64,000 nt of DNA from Felis catus. Lineage: Eukaryota. The translations under genes were made by a program, and so were the position numbers. Location of the stretch: contig NC_058368.1 in NCBI RefSeq assembly GCF_018350175.1, positions 212,848,001-212,912,000 of the forward strand, read 5' to 3'. Of the stretch, positions 1-12,900 are shown one piece after another. Numbering within the stretch: position 1 is the stretch's first letter; every line of letters begins with the position of its first letter. The notes under the pieces were generated by a model, which saw only the letters and a program-made list of their open reading frames with translations, did not search any database and had not been told where the DNA came from.

Positions 1-3000
1 AAATCAAACGGAACAATATCCATATCATAGGAATTCCAGAGGAAGAAGAGTGAGAGAAAGGGCCTGAAGGTGTACTTGAACAAATCATAGCTGAGAACTT
101 CCCTGATCTGGGGAAGGAAAAAGGCATTGAAATCCAAGAGGCACAGAGAACTCCCTTCAGAGGTAACTTGAATTGATCTTCTGCATGACATATCATAGTG
201 AAACTGGTGAAATACAAGGATAAAGAGAGAATTCTGAAAGCAACTAGGGATAAACAGGCCCTAACATACAAAGGTAGACACATAGGGATAGTAGCACCTA
301 TCTCCTGAAACTTGGCAGCCTAGAGAAGAATGGCAGGAAATCTTCAATGTGATGAACAGAAAAATATACAGCTGAGAATCCTTTATCCAGCAAGTCTGTC
401 ATTCAGAATAGAAGGAGAGATATAGGTCTTCCCAAAAAAACAAAAACTGAAGGAATTCATCACCACTAAACCAGCCTGACAAGAGATCCTAAGGGGGATT
501 CTGTGAGTGAAATGTTGCAAGACCACAAAGTACCAGAGACATCACTACAAGCATGAAACCTACAGCATCACAATGACTCTAAACCCATATCTTTCTATAA
601 TAACACTAAATGTAAATGGACTAAATGCTCCAGCCAAAAGACTTAGGGTATCAGAATGGATGAAAAAACAAAACCCATCTATTTGCTGTCTACAAGAGAC
701 TCATTTTAGACCTGAGGACACCTTCAGACTGACAGTGAGGGGATGGAGAACTATTTATCATGCTACTAGAAGTCAAAAGAAAGCTGGAGTAGCCATACTT
801 ATATCAGACAAACTAGACTTTAAATTTAAAGGCTGTAACAAGAGATGGAGAAGGGCATTATATAATAATTACAGGGTCTATCCATCAGGAAGAGCTAACA
901 ATTATAAATGTCTATGCGCCAAATACTGGAGCCCCCAAATATATAAAACAATTACTCACAAACATAAGCAACCTTATTGATAAGAATGTGGTAATTGCAG
1001 GGGACTTCAACACACCACTTACAGAAATGGATAGATCATCTAGACACACGGTCAATAAAGAAACAAGGGCTCTGAATGACACATTGGATCAGTTGGACTT
1101 GACAGATATATTTAGAACTCTGCATCCCAAAGCAACAGAATATACTTTCTTCTCGAGTGCACATGGAACATTCTCCAAGACAGATCACATACTGGGTCAC
1201 AAAACAGCCCTTCATAAGTTTACAAGAATTGAAATCATACCATGCATACTTTCAGACCACAATGCTATGAAGCTTGAAATCAACCACAGGAAAAAGTCTG
1301 GAAAACCTCCAAAAGCATGGAGGTTAAGGAACAACCTACTAAAGAATGACTCGGTCAACCAGGCAGTTAGAGAAGAAAATAAAAATATATATGGAAACAA
1401 ATGAAAAGGAAAATACAACAATGCAAACACTTTGGGATGCAGCGAAGGCAGTCCTGAGAGGAAAATACATTGCAACCCAGGCCTATCTCAAGAAAAAAGA
1501 AAAATCCCAAATACAAAATCTAACAGCACACCTAAAGGAACTAGAAGCAGAACAGCAAAGACACCCCAAACACGGCAGAAGAAGATAAATAATAAAGATC
1601 AGAGAAGAAATAAACAATATAGAATCTAAAAAAACTGTAGAGCAGATCAACGAAACCAAGAGTTGGTTTTTTGAAAAAGTAAACAAAATTGATAAACCTC
1701 TAACCAGACTTCTCAAAAAGAAAAGAGAGAGGACCCAAGCAGATAAAATCATGAATGAAAATGGAATTATTACAACCAATCCCTCAGAAATACAAGCAAT
1801 TATCAGGGAATACTATGAAAAAATTATATGCCAACAAACTGGACAACCTGGAAGAAATGGACAAATGCCTAAGCACCCACACACTTTCAAAAACTCAAAT
1901 AGGAAGAAATAGAAAACTTGAACAGACCCATAACCAGCGAAGAAATTGAATCAGTTATCAAAAATCTCCCAACAAATAAGAGTTCAGGACCTGATGGCTT
2001 CCCTGGGGAATTCTATCAGACATTTAAAGCAGAGATAATACCTATTCTCAAGCTGTTCCAAAAAATAGAAAGGGAAGGAAAACTTCCAGACTCATTCTGT
2101 GAAGCCAGCATTACTTTGATTCCTAAACCAGAGAGAGACCCAGCAAAAAAAGAGAACTAGAGGCCAATATCCCTGATGAATATGGATGCAAAAATTCTCA
2201 ACAAGATACTAGCAAATTGAATTCAACAGCATATAAAAAGAATTATTCACCATGACCAAGTGGGATTCATTCCTGGGCTGCAGGACTGCCAGTATTTGCA
2301 AATGAATCAATGTGATACATCACATTAATAAAAGAAAAGATAAGAACCATATGATCCTGTCAATCAATGCAGAAAAAGCATTTGACAAAATTCAGCATCC
2401 TTTCTTAAAAAAAAAAAAAAAAACCCTCGATAAAGTCGGGATGGAAGGAACATACTTAAACGTCATAAAAGCCATTTATGAAAAGCCCTCAGCCAATATC
2501 ATCCTCAAAGGGGAAAAATTGAGAGCTTTCCCCCTGAGATCAGGGACACGACAAGGATGTCCACTCTCACCACTGTTGTTTAACATAGGGTTGGAAGTTC
2601 TAGCATCAGCAATCAGACAACAAAAGGAAATCAAAGGCATCAAAATTGGCAAAGATGAAGTCAAGCTTTCACTTTTTGCAGATGAAATGATATTATGCAT
2701 GGAAAACCCGATAGACTCCACCAAAAGTCTCCTAGAACTGATACATGAATTTAGCACAGTCGCAGGATGCAAAATCAATGTACAGAAATCAGTTGCATTT
2801 TTATACATTTATAAGGAAGCAACAGAAAGACAAATAAAGAAACTGATCCCATTTACAATTGCACCAAGAATCATAAAATACCTAGGAATAAACCTAACCA
2901 AAGATGTAAAAGATCTGTATGCTAAAAACTATAGAAAGCTTATGAAGGAAATTGAAGAAGATATAAAGAAATGGAAAAACATTCCATGCTCATGGATTGG

Positions 3001-3958
3001 AAAAATAAATATTGTCAAAATGTCAATACTACCCAAAGCTATCTACACATTCAATGCAATCCCAATCAAAATTGCACCAGCATTCTTCTCGAAGCTAGAA
3101 CAAGCAATCCTAAAATGTGTATGGAACCACAAAAGACCCCAAATAGCCAAAGTAATATTGAAGAAGAAGACCAAAGCAGGAGGCATCACAATCCCAGACT
3201 TTAGCCTCTACTACAAAGCTGTCATCATCAAGACAGCATGGTACTGGCACAAAAACAGACACATAGACCAATGGAATAAAGTATAGACTCCAGAATTAGA
3301 CCCACAAAAGTATGGCCAACTAATCTTTGACAAAGCAGGAAAGAATATCCAATGGAAAAAAGACAGTCTCTTTAACAAATGGTGCTGGGAGACTGGACAG
3401 CAACATGCAGAAGATTGAAACTAGACCACTTTCTTACACCATTCACAAAAAATAAACTCAAAATGGATAAAGGACCTGAATGTGAGATAGGAAACCTTCA
3501 AAACCCTAGAGGAGAAAGCAGGAAAAAACCTCTCTGACCTCAGCCAATGGAATACTACAATGGAATACTACTTGGAAGTATACAATGGAATACTACTTGG
3601 CAATGAGAAAGAATGAAATCTGGCCATTTGTAGCAACGTGGATGGAACTTGGAGAGTACTATGTGAAGTAAAATCAATCAGGCAGAGAAAGACACATACC
3701 ATATGTTGTCACTCTTATGTGGATCCTGATATACTTAATGGAAGACCATGGGGGAGGGGAAGGGAAAAAAAAGTTAGAGAGGGAGGGAGCCAAACCATAA
3801 GAGACTCTTAAAAACTGAGAACAAACTGAGGGTTGATGAGGGGTGGGAAGGAGAGGAGGGTGGATGATGGGTATTGAGGAGGGCACCTACTGGAATGAGC
3901 ACTGGGTGTTGTATGGAAACCAATTTGATAATAAATTTCATATTAAAAAAAAGAAAAA
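1..3958 (+). mobile_element. LINE-1 (cat L1_Fc-like), 5' end off window; ORF1 3' part, disabled ORF2, 3' UTR, poly(A); ~0.7 kb internal deletion at ~3545
   Basis: ORF fragments translate to L1 EN (ITLNVNGLNAP, CCLQETH, IAGDFNTPL, SDHN) and RT ([21 protein letters not shown]) motifs. G-rich 3' UTR, AATAAA at ~3930 and A-rich tail to ~3958. Confidence 0.97.
573..3729 (+). pseudogene. L1 ORF2p (endonuclease/reverse transcriptase) pseudogene
   Basis: Starts ATG ACT CTA AAC (MTLNPY) at 573. Several frameshifts, stops (e.g. TAG 2158-2160), FADD changed to FADE (2675-2686), SIDAEK changed to SINAEK, CCHC region deleted. Confidence 0.93.
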
Positions 3959-4269
3959 ATCTCCCTCAAAGCCTCTGACATGCTCTAATCTGGATTGTTG
4001 AACATTAGGCCTGCTACAAGGCTATTCCTATAAGACGACTTCTTGGTACATCACTCTCTTCACCATCCTTGGTGAAGGTGAAGGGATTACCTTCACCTCT
4101 TTCTTGTGTAGGATCCCTATTCCCTGAATAATGTTCTTCTTCTTAGTTACTCCTACATTTTAGTGGAATACATTCTTTTTTAACTTCCTGACATGGTGGA
4201 TAAGTAGTAAATTTTTTTTAATCTTTGAATATCTGAAAAAGTTGAAGGGATACTTGCAAGACAGTATGT

Positions 4270-4455
4270 TAGCAAAAATTCTGGGCATGAGTCAAAAACC
4301 TTCTTCTCTGATACTGTATTTACTATCTCTATGATCTTGGGAAAATTACAGGACTCTCTGGGCCTCATTTCTCTTTCTGAAATGGGTAATAATCCAAACT
4401 GTGCCTGCTTAGAGGACACAAGAAGGGGCTTTGTATGGTGAAAGTTCTGTATAAA
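4270..4455 (+). mobile_element. MIR SINE relic
   Basis: 'tgatcttgggaaaattacaggactctctgggcctcatttctctttctgaaatggg' resembles the MIR core; boundaries approximate. Confidence 0.6.
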
Positions 4456-4464
4456 CAACATGTC

Positions 4465-4620
4465 CTGGGACCTACTCCTACTGGCTCACAAGAGCTAGTT
4501 GCTAGTTATTGATAGCTTGAGATCAGCCATGGTGGGAGTATTTACACCATGGAAATTGGCAAATACTACAAGGGGCTTTTATTTCTCTGTTTTTGGGAGA
4601 GCCTGGTTATGAGCACTTCC
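4465..4620 (+). mobile_element. MER63-like hAT (Blackjack) fragment
   Basis: 'tagcttgagatcagccatggtgggagtatttacaccatggaaattggcaaatactaca' matches my recollection of MER63. It is a reverse-complement homologue of 50885-50939 plus 54354 onward. Confidence 0.6.
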
Positions 4621-4888
4621 ATTTGTAAGACTGCAAATGGAAGTGATTATTTCAATTGTGTTTACTGCTGTGCCTTCCTTGATGTTATCATGGCCTAATG
4701 TATAGCTCAATTGTAGCACTAATTACAGTGTAACATTATTGTATAATAGGCCATGAATTCCTTGGGACATAGGACTGTGTCTTATTTTGGAAATATATCT
4801 TCCTGCACCCTGCTTTTTCCAGTACCTAACATGTTGGCTGGCACTTAGTTGATATTTAAATCCATATTTGATGAATGAGTGGCAAAAA

Positions 4889-4935
4889 TGTTTGTTTGTT
4901 TGCTTGCTTGCTTGCTTGCTTGCTTGTTTGTTTGT
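4889..4935. repeat. (TTTG)n(CTTG)n(TTTG)n compound microsatellite
   Basis: Read directly from sequence. Confidence 0.9.
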
Positions 4936-5094
4936 AAGAGTTGGAAACAAGCATAGAGAGAGGAGAATTGAGGTAAAAGGTTAGGGAAAGTGTAATACAG
5001 TAAATACTTTTTGAGAGGAATTCCCCCAAATAGCCATCCTTAATTGGGAGTTTTCTATGAGTAGGCATGTAGTAGGCATACAGTAGAAATCATT

Positions 5095-5215
5095 TTATAT
5101 ACTTCCCATGATAACTTATGAAAGAAGTGTTATTATCCCCATTTCACAGATGAGAAAAAGATGTCTAGAGTTAAGTAATGTGCCCTCCATCACACAGGCT
5201 GGGGTTCAAATCTAA
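5095..5215 (-). mobile_element. MIR SINE relic
   Basis: 'ttattatccccatttcacagatgagaaaaa...ttaagtaatgtgccc' is the MIR core in reverse orientation. Confidence 0.65.
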
Positions 5216-8200
5216 TGAATGCCTGTATTGCTTACCCATATTCCTACACTGGGAAGTAGCAAACCACAATATTTATGAGCCTATACATTTTTTAAATTGA
5301 GTGAAACAAATCAATTTAAATTAAAAGGGAGAGGTGAAGACTGTAGCAAAATTAAGAGCCCAAACTCCATCTAAAGGGGATAGCTTTATGACATGAGGAA
5401 ATGTGGTCTGTTGAGACTAGAAATTTGGAATTATTTCATGAAAAGCTGAGAATCTGGGATTTTGTTTTTCAAATTTCAAATGTTGGTAATTAGTTCTAAA
5501 TAAAAATTTAAAAACCTCTTGAGATAAAACATCTATAAATAGGCTATCTATTTTTGCAAACTTTAATATATACTGCATCTCCCCAAATAAGTTTTGAACA
5601 GCCAGGGGGCAGCATGAGGGTATAAAGTGTCATAAGGATGAAATGGATGAACTGAAAGGCAAGTCTAATCCACTTCACAGTTTTGCCCAGAGTGCAGATG
5701 CATAGGGCAGGGAGGTCTAGCTATCATGTTGCAGAACAAGGGCCCACAGAGACTGGAGGAGGATGAGGTAAGGCATCACTGTTGGTGCACATTCCGTCTC
5801 CTCCAGGCATCCCCAGGGAGGGCACATTCCTCATGGTCAAGCAGCAGGGCTGTTGATTTAAAAGATTCTTAGAATATTCTGTTCAATACCCCAGTGGAGT
5901 TTTCTTTGCCTGGAAACAATATATCTAGGTCATGTCTTGGACTGTGGGGCATCCATAAGAGTGGGAAGATTGTCATGACTCTAGGCCCCTAGGCAGTTTC
6001 CTGGGCCTGGAAAGTCCCTTCAGGTCCCTCATCCTTTGATTTGTTTTTCCCTTCCCAGGACAGAGAGTGCTGGTAACACCACCAAATCTCAAACCAATTC
6101 TCCATTCTTTCCCATAAATTTTGGCTTCTGCAGAAAATTGGAAGATTGACTTGTCATATAGTGAATCTGCAGGGTTTTTTTTTTTTCAATGAAGTTTTAA
6201 AACAATTGCACAGTTACCTACAATTACTTCTTGAAAATCTAAGTAGCTAACCAATAAGCCCATCCTTCCTTGAATGCAACTGGCTCCCTGAGATTATTTA
6301 GGGAATTGGGGCAGTACGAGGTAAAGAGGACTACAAAGAGGTTTCCACAGGTACAGGTGTAAGAAAAGAGCCACCTAAATGAGAAATTGGACTCAAGGGG
6401 GCACCAGGTATGGAAGCCCACCCGGACTAAAAGCCCACCCAGACTAAAAGCCCACTAAAGCCGAACAGAGAATCCCTGTGGTAAAAGAAAAGAGAGATGA
6501 AAAAGTCATCCTGGGAAGGCAAGGCTGTGGATTGGCCAAGCTAGACACAAAGCAAAGAGGGAAGTCAGTCCTAGGAAAGATGTGAAAAGGTCCTTACTGT
6601 TTATTGCAACCTTACTGTGACTTGGTTGCCTTCTAACAGTCTCCAAGGGAAATAATAAATAGACACAGTGCTTTACAGAGCAATGCTCCTATTGTTCCTC
6701 TACAGCACAAGGCTACTCAGAGATAGTGCCCTGAGGCTATAACCTTCATTTCTTTTTAACATTCACAAGCAACCCAATAGTGCTTACAGATAAAGACCCC
6801 AGAGATATTGTGCTACTTTCTCAATGAAAAAAAAAAAAAAAAAAGAATTGAGGCTATACAAAATTCCACTGCAGAACAGAGCACAGTATAATACATTACA
6901 TTATGCATTTATTCCCTCCACTGGGGGCATAGAAGAATAGGCTGAACATGCACACGCTTTGCTCCTCCCTTAGTGCTCTTACTGTGCCCTTTCCCATCTT
7001 ACCTTCCTGCTCTAGTGCATTCCAGACAATAACAGCCAGTGCTCTGTCCCTATTGCCTATGTGCACACTGCCACCCCACTGGGCTGCAGCAGCACTCTTA
7101 CCGATGACTCTTATTTTTGGATTCCTTTACTCTTGGTCTTAGCTACATTCTCTCATTTAATCCTCACACCGATTTTAGGAGGCAAAGACTTTCCTCATTT
7201 TACATATGAGGAAATTAAGGGAGAAATTTATCCAGAATTCAGTTTGTCCAGAATGCAAGTCCACATCGAGGTGGACTCCAAAACCTCACTCTTTCCATCA
7301 ACTTGCACTAGATTATCCACACACCCAACCCCTGCCTTTCTTTTACACACCTCCAGCCCACTCATCAAGCATGCTGTCTTTTGAACATTCTGTCACACTT
7401 TCTCTAACCCCTTTTCTTTGCTTCTTCTTGCTTTCCCGATAAAAATGTCTGGCTTATTTTTTATTCGTTCTTATTTTTCCTGTTCTAAATGTGAAAAAAG
7501 TAGTACTTAAGCAGATGCCTATTAAAGAAAACAAAAGTTGTGCCTTTACAAGTAAAAATAAACAGAATAAACGCACTATTCAAAGATTGAAAGACCCCCA
7601 AAATTCCTCCAGAATTCTACAGGAATGTGTATCCACTTTCTCCTCCTTCTCAAATTAAATATCTTTAACTTAACCATCAGCAGTAAATTATGTTATTTTC
7701 AATTTGTCATTTTTACACAAAAGTTGCAATATTTCATGTCAAAAAGACCTTTGCAGGCTGATCTGGGAACCCAACCACCAAACATGCTATGGTAACTTAG
7801 GAGAAGGAATTTTTGAAATCCCATTTTAATTAGAAATAGTTTGTTAGTTTGTAGAAATGTATAACATGGGAAAGTATACGTATAATGTCTCCAAAGTCTG
7901 TGGAAGCTCCTATTTAAGTCGGTATAGCAGCCTCCCCTTTCCCATAATCTGATACACCAAAGAGTTGTTCCTTATTTTTTTCCACAAGGATAATTATCTA
8001 AATGTGTTTATCCTCTTATCCCTTTCAGTTGCCTGCCTGCTTGATCATTGAATACATAATTCATGCCCCTTCCCTTAGTTTCCTATTATTCCTCATTATT
8101 TCAGCCCCACTGTCACTGACTAGCTTGCCCACACAGCATGAAGGTGAGGGTACACAATGTTACAGATAATTGAGAGCTGAGATGAGATCCAAGATTTCAT

Positions 8201-8716
8201 TTCTGGCACCCTGCTTCTTATTCCTTAGTTTGGTGTCAGGAAGACATGCTTTGGTGTCCTTAGAAACTACATTTTGTCATAAACATATTTTATAAAGCCT
8301 TCATTTATCTATGAATTCAACACCTATCAAAAATGAATGCTGATCTGGGTTTTATGAGAACTGAATCCAGTTCTGTTTCAGAACCATTTGTGTGACCTTG
8401 GGCAATAAAATAATCCTATAATCCTCTCTGTGGATAAGATGCAGTTGCTTTCCTCAGAGGGAACTTGGCACCAGGGACCTGTATTTGCTTCAGCCTCTGC
8501 CCTCATAAAGTAGCTTATACTTGATGTGGGAGACCAGAAGCACCTACATAAAACAAAGAACAAGTCAATGCAAACTATAATCAAACTCTAAAAACTGTCA
8601 TTTACCTAAAAATGCTATCAAAAGTCAGTAAATGGATGTCCTTATGGACTTATATGTTTGGCAATGACTTAATAGAGGAGGAGAGATTTAAGATGAGTCT
8701 AAACACATGGGTAGGT

Positions 8717-9140
8717 GTATTATTCTGTTAGGACTGCCATAACAAAACACCAGCTACTGGGAGGCTTAAATAACAAGAATTTATTTCTCACTGATCTGAA
8801 AGCTAGAAGTCTAAGATCAAGGTGCTGGCTGACTTAGTTCCTGGTGAGAACTCTCTTCCTGACTTATACATAACTGCCTTCTCAGTGTGTGCTCACATGG
8901 ACTTTCCTCAGTACATGAGCAAGGATAGAGAAAGAGAGCAAGTTCTCTCTCATCTCTTCTTAAAAGGACTAATACTATAGGATCAGTGTCCCACCTTTAG
9001 TACCTCATTTAAGTATGTAATTACTAATAATTACCTTAAATACTTCCTTCCAGGCCCCATCTCCAAATATAGCCACCCTGGGTGTTAGGGCTTCAGCATA
9101 TGAATCTGGCAGAGAGACACAAGCATTCAGCCCATAGCAG
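8717..9140 (-). mobile_element. MaLR solo LTR (MLT1A-like)
   Basis: 'tgtatt...ctgccataacaaaacacca...aatttatttctcac...aagtctaagatcaaggtg...cattcagcccatagca' is typical MLT1A reverse-strand sequence. Confidence 0.8.
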
Positions 9141-9228
9141 CAAGATATATGACCAAAAAGTGTGTGGGAAAGTGTTTTAGACCAAGGACAGTGTGAGAGA
9201 AAATGAGAATATAGGAAACGTATATATT

Positions 9229-9247
9229 GGGGGGGGGGGGGGGGGGG
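9229..9247 (+). repeat. G19 homopolymer
   Basis: Run of 19 G. Confidence 0.9.
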
Positions 9248-9289
9248 TGCACATGTATGTGCACAGACATGTACATGAGAAGCTATTAT

Positions 9290-9990
9290 TTCTAAACAAA
9301 TGCTTATTGAGTTTCTGCTCTAGACCAGGCATTGTTTTTGGCACATGGGCTGCCCTCATGGAGTTATTTCTAGCAGTTGGAGACACACATAAATATAATG
9401 AGTCAATTGTTTAGTAAATGTTATCGAATGTGTAAAAGTGATGAGTACCATGGAAATAAGAAAGTAGGGCAAGAGATAGGGGTCAGGGGTGCCAATGGTA
9501 AAGGAGAGAGGTTGAGAAGTTTCATTAGGGAGTTGACATAGGCCTCACTGAGCAGACTTGAGGGAGTTGGTGAAGTGGATAAGTTGGGGAAAGCATTCCA
9601 GAGAGAGGAAGATAAAGCAAAGACCTAAAAGGCAGAAAATTCTTGATATTAAAGAAAGAATGAAGATGCCATTGTGGCCAGAGGAGGGTGAGTGAGGGAA
9701 GAAACTATAGGAAAGATCAAAGTGGGCCTTGAAGGCCGCTGTAAGGACTTTAGCAGTTTCTCTGTATGGATTGGGACCTGTATTTGCTTAAAACTTTAAA
9801 ACTTTAGCAGTTTCTCTGTATGGATTGGGACCTGTATGGATTGGGAGCCAGTGCAGGGTTTGAACAAAAGAGTGACAAGATCTGACTTTTTAAAACCTCA
9901 CTCTAGCTAATGTGTGTAGAGTTAGGAGCTGGGAGGCCATGAGGTGTTTATTGCAATAAACCAGACAACACATGATGGTGGTTCAGACCA
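9290..9990 (-). mobile_element. L2 LINE 3' fragment
   Basis: Begins 'aacaaatgcttattgagtttctgctctagaccaggcattg' (L2 3' end reversed), followed by a purine-rich L2-like body. Confidence 0.65.
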
Positions 9991-10269
9991 AGGTGGTAGC
10001 AGGGGAGCCATTATACCAAATAGTTTCCCTAAAGTTAGAACATTTCTATGTTCTTTGCCCCCATTCCATCTCTGTTACTTCACAGGTGAAAAACGTAGGA
10101 CACAGAGAATCTCACTGAATTTTCCAGTCTTTACGTTAGAGGATTTAGAGCCAAAATTGTTTGCTTGTGATACAAAGTATAACTTCATTTTATGTTGATC
10201 ACTCTTTGAAAATTGCAGTTCAACTCCCCCTATTTCCTTTCTTAATTGTTTTTCTCCCAAGCAACATCT

Positions 10270-10455
10270 CCCAAACCAATATCTAAAATACTATATATTT
10301 TACTTACATGTCTTGTTTATTGTCTGCCCCCCACTAGAATATAAGCAGCAGTTTTTTCACAGTTTGTTCATTTCTGTGTCTGTACTGCCTAGAAGAGTGA
10401 CTGGTCCACAGCAGGTATTCAGTAAACATGTATAAAGTGACTGCATGCATGAATG
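10270..10455 (+). mobile_element. L2 3' end
   Basis: 'ttattgtctgcccccactagaatataagc...caggtattcagtaaacatg...atgaatg'. Confidence 0.6.
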
Positions 10456-11312
10456 TGTGCAAGAAATAAGGAGAGAAGGAGAGAGAGGAGAGAGACAGAG
10501 AGAAGGAAATTAAACAGTGACACTGAAGCTGCTTTGCAAGCACACAGTCCATAATGCCCTTTGCTTTGGACACAAGAAATTCAAACTCTTCAGTCTCATA
10601 CACACACATATATACACAAACAAAATAATACAATAAAATTTTTTAAATAATAAAAAAAATTTTAATGAAAGAATTGTAGATTTTAAAAACAAAACTCAAC
10701 TGTTATGAATTCATTTCCCACAAATGATATTGAGTCTGGACACATTTTCTTTACTCCAGAAGATTTGAAATCCTGCCATTTTCCACTGGATGGGGATGAA
10801 AGCTATGGCAGGAGTTAGAAAAGTTATGATATAGATTATTTTAATGAATATTGAGCAAATAAATCAAAGACACCATTCTCCCAAATAATGCTGAACTCTA
10901 CCAGCAGCATTTAGTGGCTCATAATTCTGAAGCCCCTCACAGAAGAAAATGTGCTACATGCTTATGTATGAACCGAAGAAGAACTAAAATTTCGGGGCAC
11001 AAGGTCATGATTCAGAAAATTGGCCTTTCCAAACCCCAGTCCCCATGAATCAAAATGCAGTATAGCCAGCAGGCATTGGAGTGATTTCCTGCTACTGAAT
11101 CAGTAGCACTGTGTGATGCAACTCTTCCTAGATTTGGATTGTATGAAGTCCTACTCTTGGAAACAATAAGTGAATATTTTCAATTAAACTATATGTAATA
11201 TAGGTATTTCAGTTTACAGTTAACAAAACATGTTTATGTATCTTACACATCCAGTGGTCTAGCTGGAGCTCCCTTCCCTAATTAAAAGGCAAATTAGTTA
11301 AACTCTTGAGCC

Positions 11313-11781
11313 TGTGTGGTCCCTGTGCTGGGTATCTTCTGTTTTGTCACTCCAGACCCATTATCCTCCCTTCACCCTCTCCCCCTTCTCTGTCCTCTGT
11401 TCCTGTGAAGCCACTGGCCTGCAGCAAGAAGCCCCTGGGCTTCTGGCTTCTCACTGGGCTTGGCCAATGGTAGACACTGGCAGGAGAGGGGAGGACAGTG
11501 GAGAATAAGCTCTGGGCCTTTATTTCCCCTACTCCCTTCTTACCAAGTCTCAGTGAACAAGCTGTATTCCCCTAGCAAACCACAGTTCCCTTCTAGACTC
11601 AGCCCTCTTCCCCATTCCCCTTTAGACCTAGAGATGGTAACATGTTCATAGCCCCAAATACTGCACTGTTTGTTTCCTTGAACTTGGCCTTCACATTGTA
11701 AGTAGTCCTTTTATTTATTAAATTCCCAAATCATCTCGTTTGAGTGTGCCCTCTGTTTGGTGCTGGAACCCAGCAACGCAC
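11313..11781 (+). mobile_element. ERVL solo LTR (LTR33-like)
   Basis: TG start; ends 'ttgagtgtgccctctgtttggtgctggaacccagcaacgcaca', resembling the LTR33 3' end. Confidence 0.55.
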
Positions 11782-11959
11782 ACACTTCATAAGTAAGGGG
11801 AAGAACAAGACTTGCACCCAGATATGTTAACTCCAACTGCAGGCCTCTTTCCCTATTTAATTGTGAAAGCTATCAGTATGATAAAGCTATATGCCTTCTA
11901 GAGGAAACATGACGTCCCCTTCATTTTTTGAACTATACCAAATGCCCTTCTTACTTTGA

Positions 11960-12900
11960 ATTTCATTTATTAGACGTACCCACCAGCACTGGTTGAAAGC
12001 ACACTCTGTGCCAGACTCCTTGCTGAGTGCTAGAAATACAAAGATGAATAAGGCACTGTCTCTGTCCTCAACTTTCTCAGATCAAGTGAAGGTAGGTGTC
12101 ACACCTTGGGATCACTAAAAGCCAATTCTGAGATGGAGAACAACATGCAGAGAATTAATTAGGGAGTTCTGGAACCCACACCCATAGAAAGGCAGGAAGG
12201 AAGCAGGATTAGGCACAGGGAGAAGTCGAGCTAGGATGTAGTATCAATGGAGGCCGCAGTTGACCCTGCAGAGAGTTCTGAAGTTCTTGTAAGCATCAGA
12301 CTTTAACCCACCTAGGTGTAAGGGCTGAGCCTTTAACCTCTGTGTTGGTTAATCGTTGGATGCTGACCACCCAGAAAAAGGGACCTGACTTGGCTTAGGC
12401 AGCTCTTTGCAACAAAGGCAATCACCACGGGGAGCTGACATCAAAGGGCTGTCTCCGGTGGCACTTTCAGCATCTGAGGGAATATGTTTTTCATTCCTGA
12501 AGAGGGATCAGTGTCTCTCATGGTAGGGAAAGTAGAGACAAATAATTATACAACAATGCCATTAGGTCACCCATGAAAATATGCACTGAATATTATGGAT
12601 GCCCAAAAAAGGACCTTAATCCAGTCTTGTGAGTCTTGAAGAAATATTTTGAATAAGATGATGCTTAACTTGAATCATAAAGGCTAAAGAAGAAATTAGC
12701 CAAACAGAGGAGATGCAGCATGCAAGGGCAGAGCCTGAGTATGGCATGGTACATAAAGAAGAAAAAGGATTGTCAGTTCATAAAGTTTGAGGCTGGAGAG
12801 GCAAGAAATTAAGCTGGAAAAGTAAGCAAGACCATATCAGGGAGGTTTGGAAGGCTGTGTCAAGGGACTGGAGCTTTAGACTAGAGGCTAAGGGGAGTCA
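11960..12900 (-). mobile_element. L2 fragment interrupted by an ERVL LTR16-like relic (~12097-12520)
   Basis: L2-like 'actctgtgccagactccttgctgagtgctagaaatacaaagatgaataagg'; the middle segment has LTR16-like motifs. Confidence 0.45.

Noticed and set aside
2312..3286. 324-aa ORF as a functional reverse transcriptase gene
   Set aside because: Fragment of L1 ORF2 bounded by a frameshift and a stop; catalytic motifs mutated (SINAEK, FADE).
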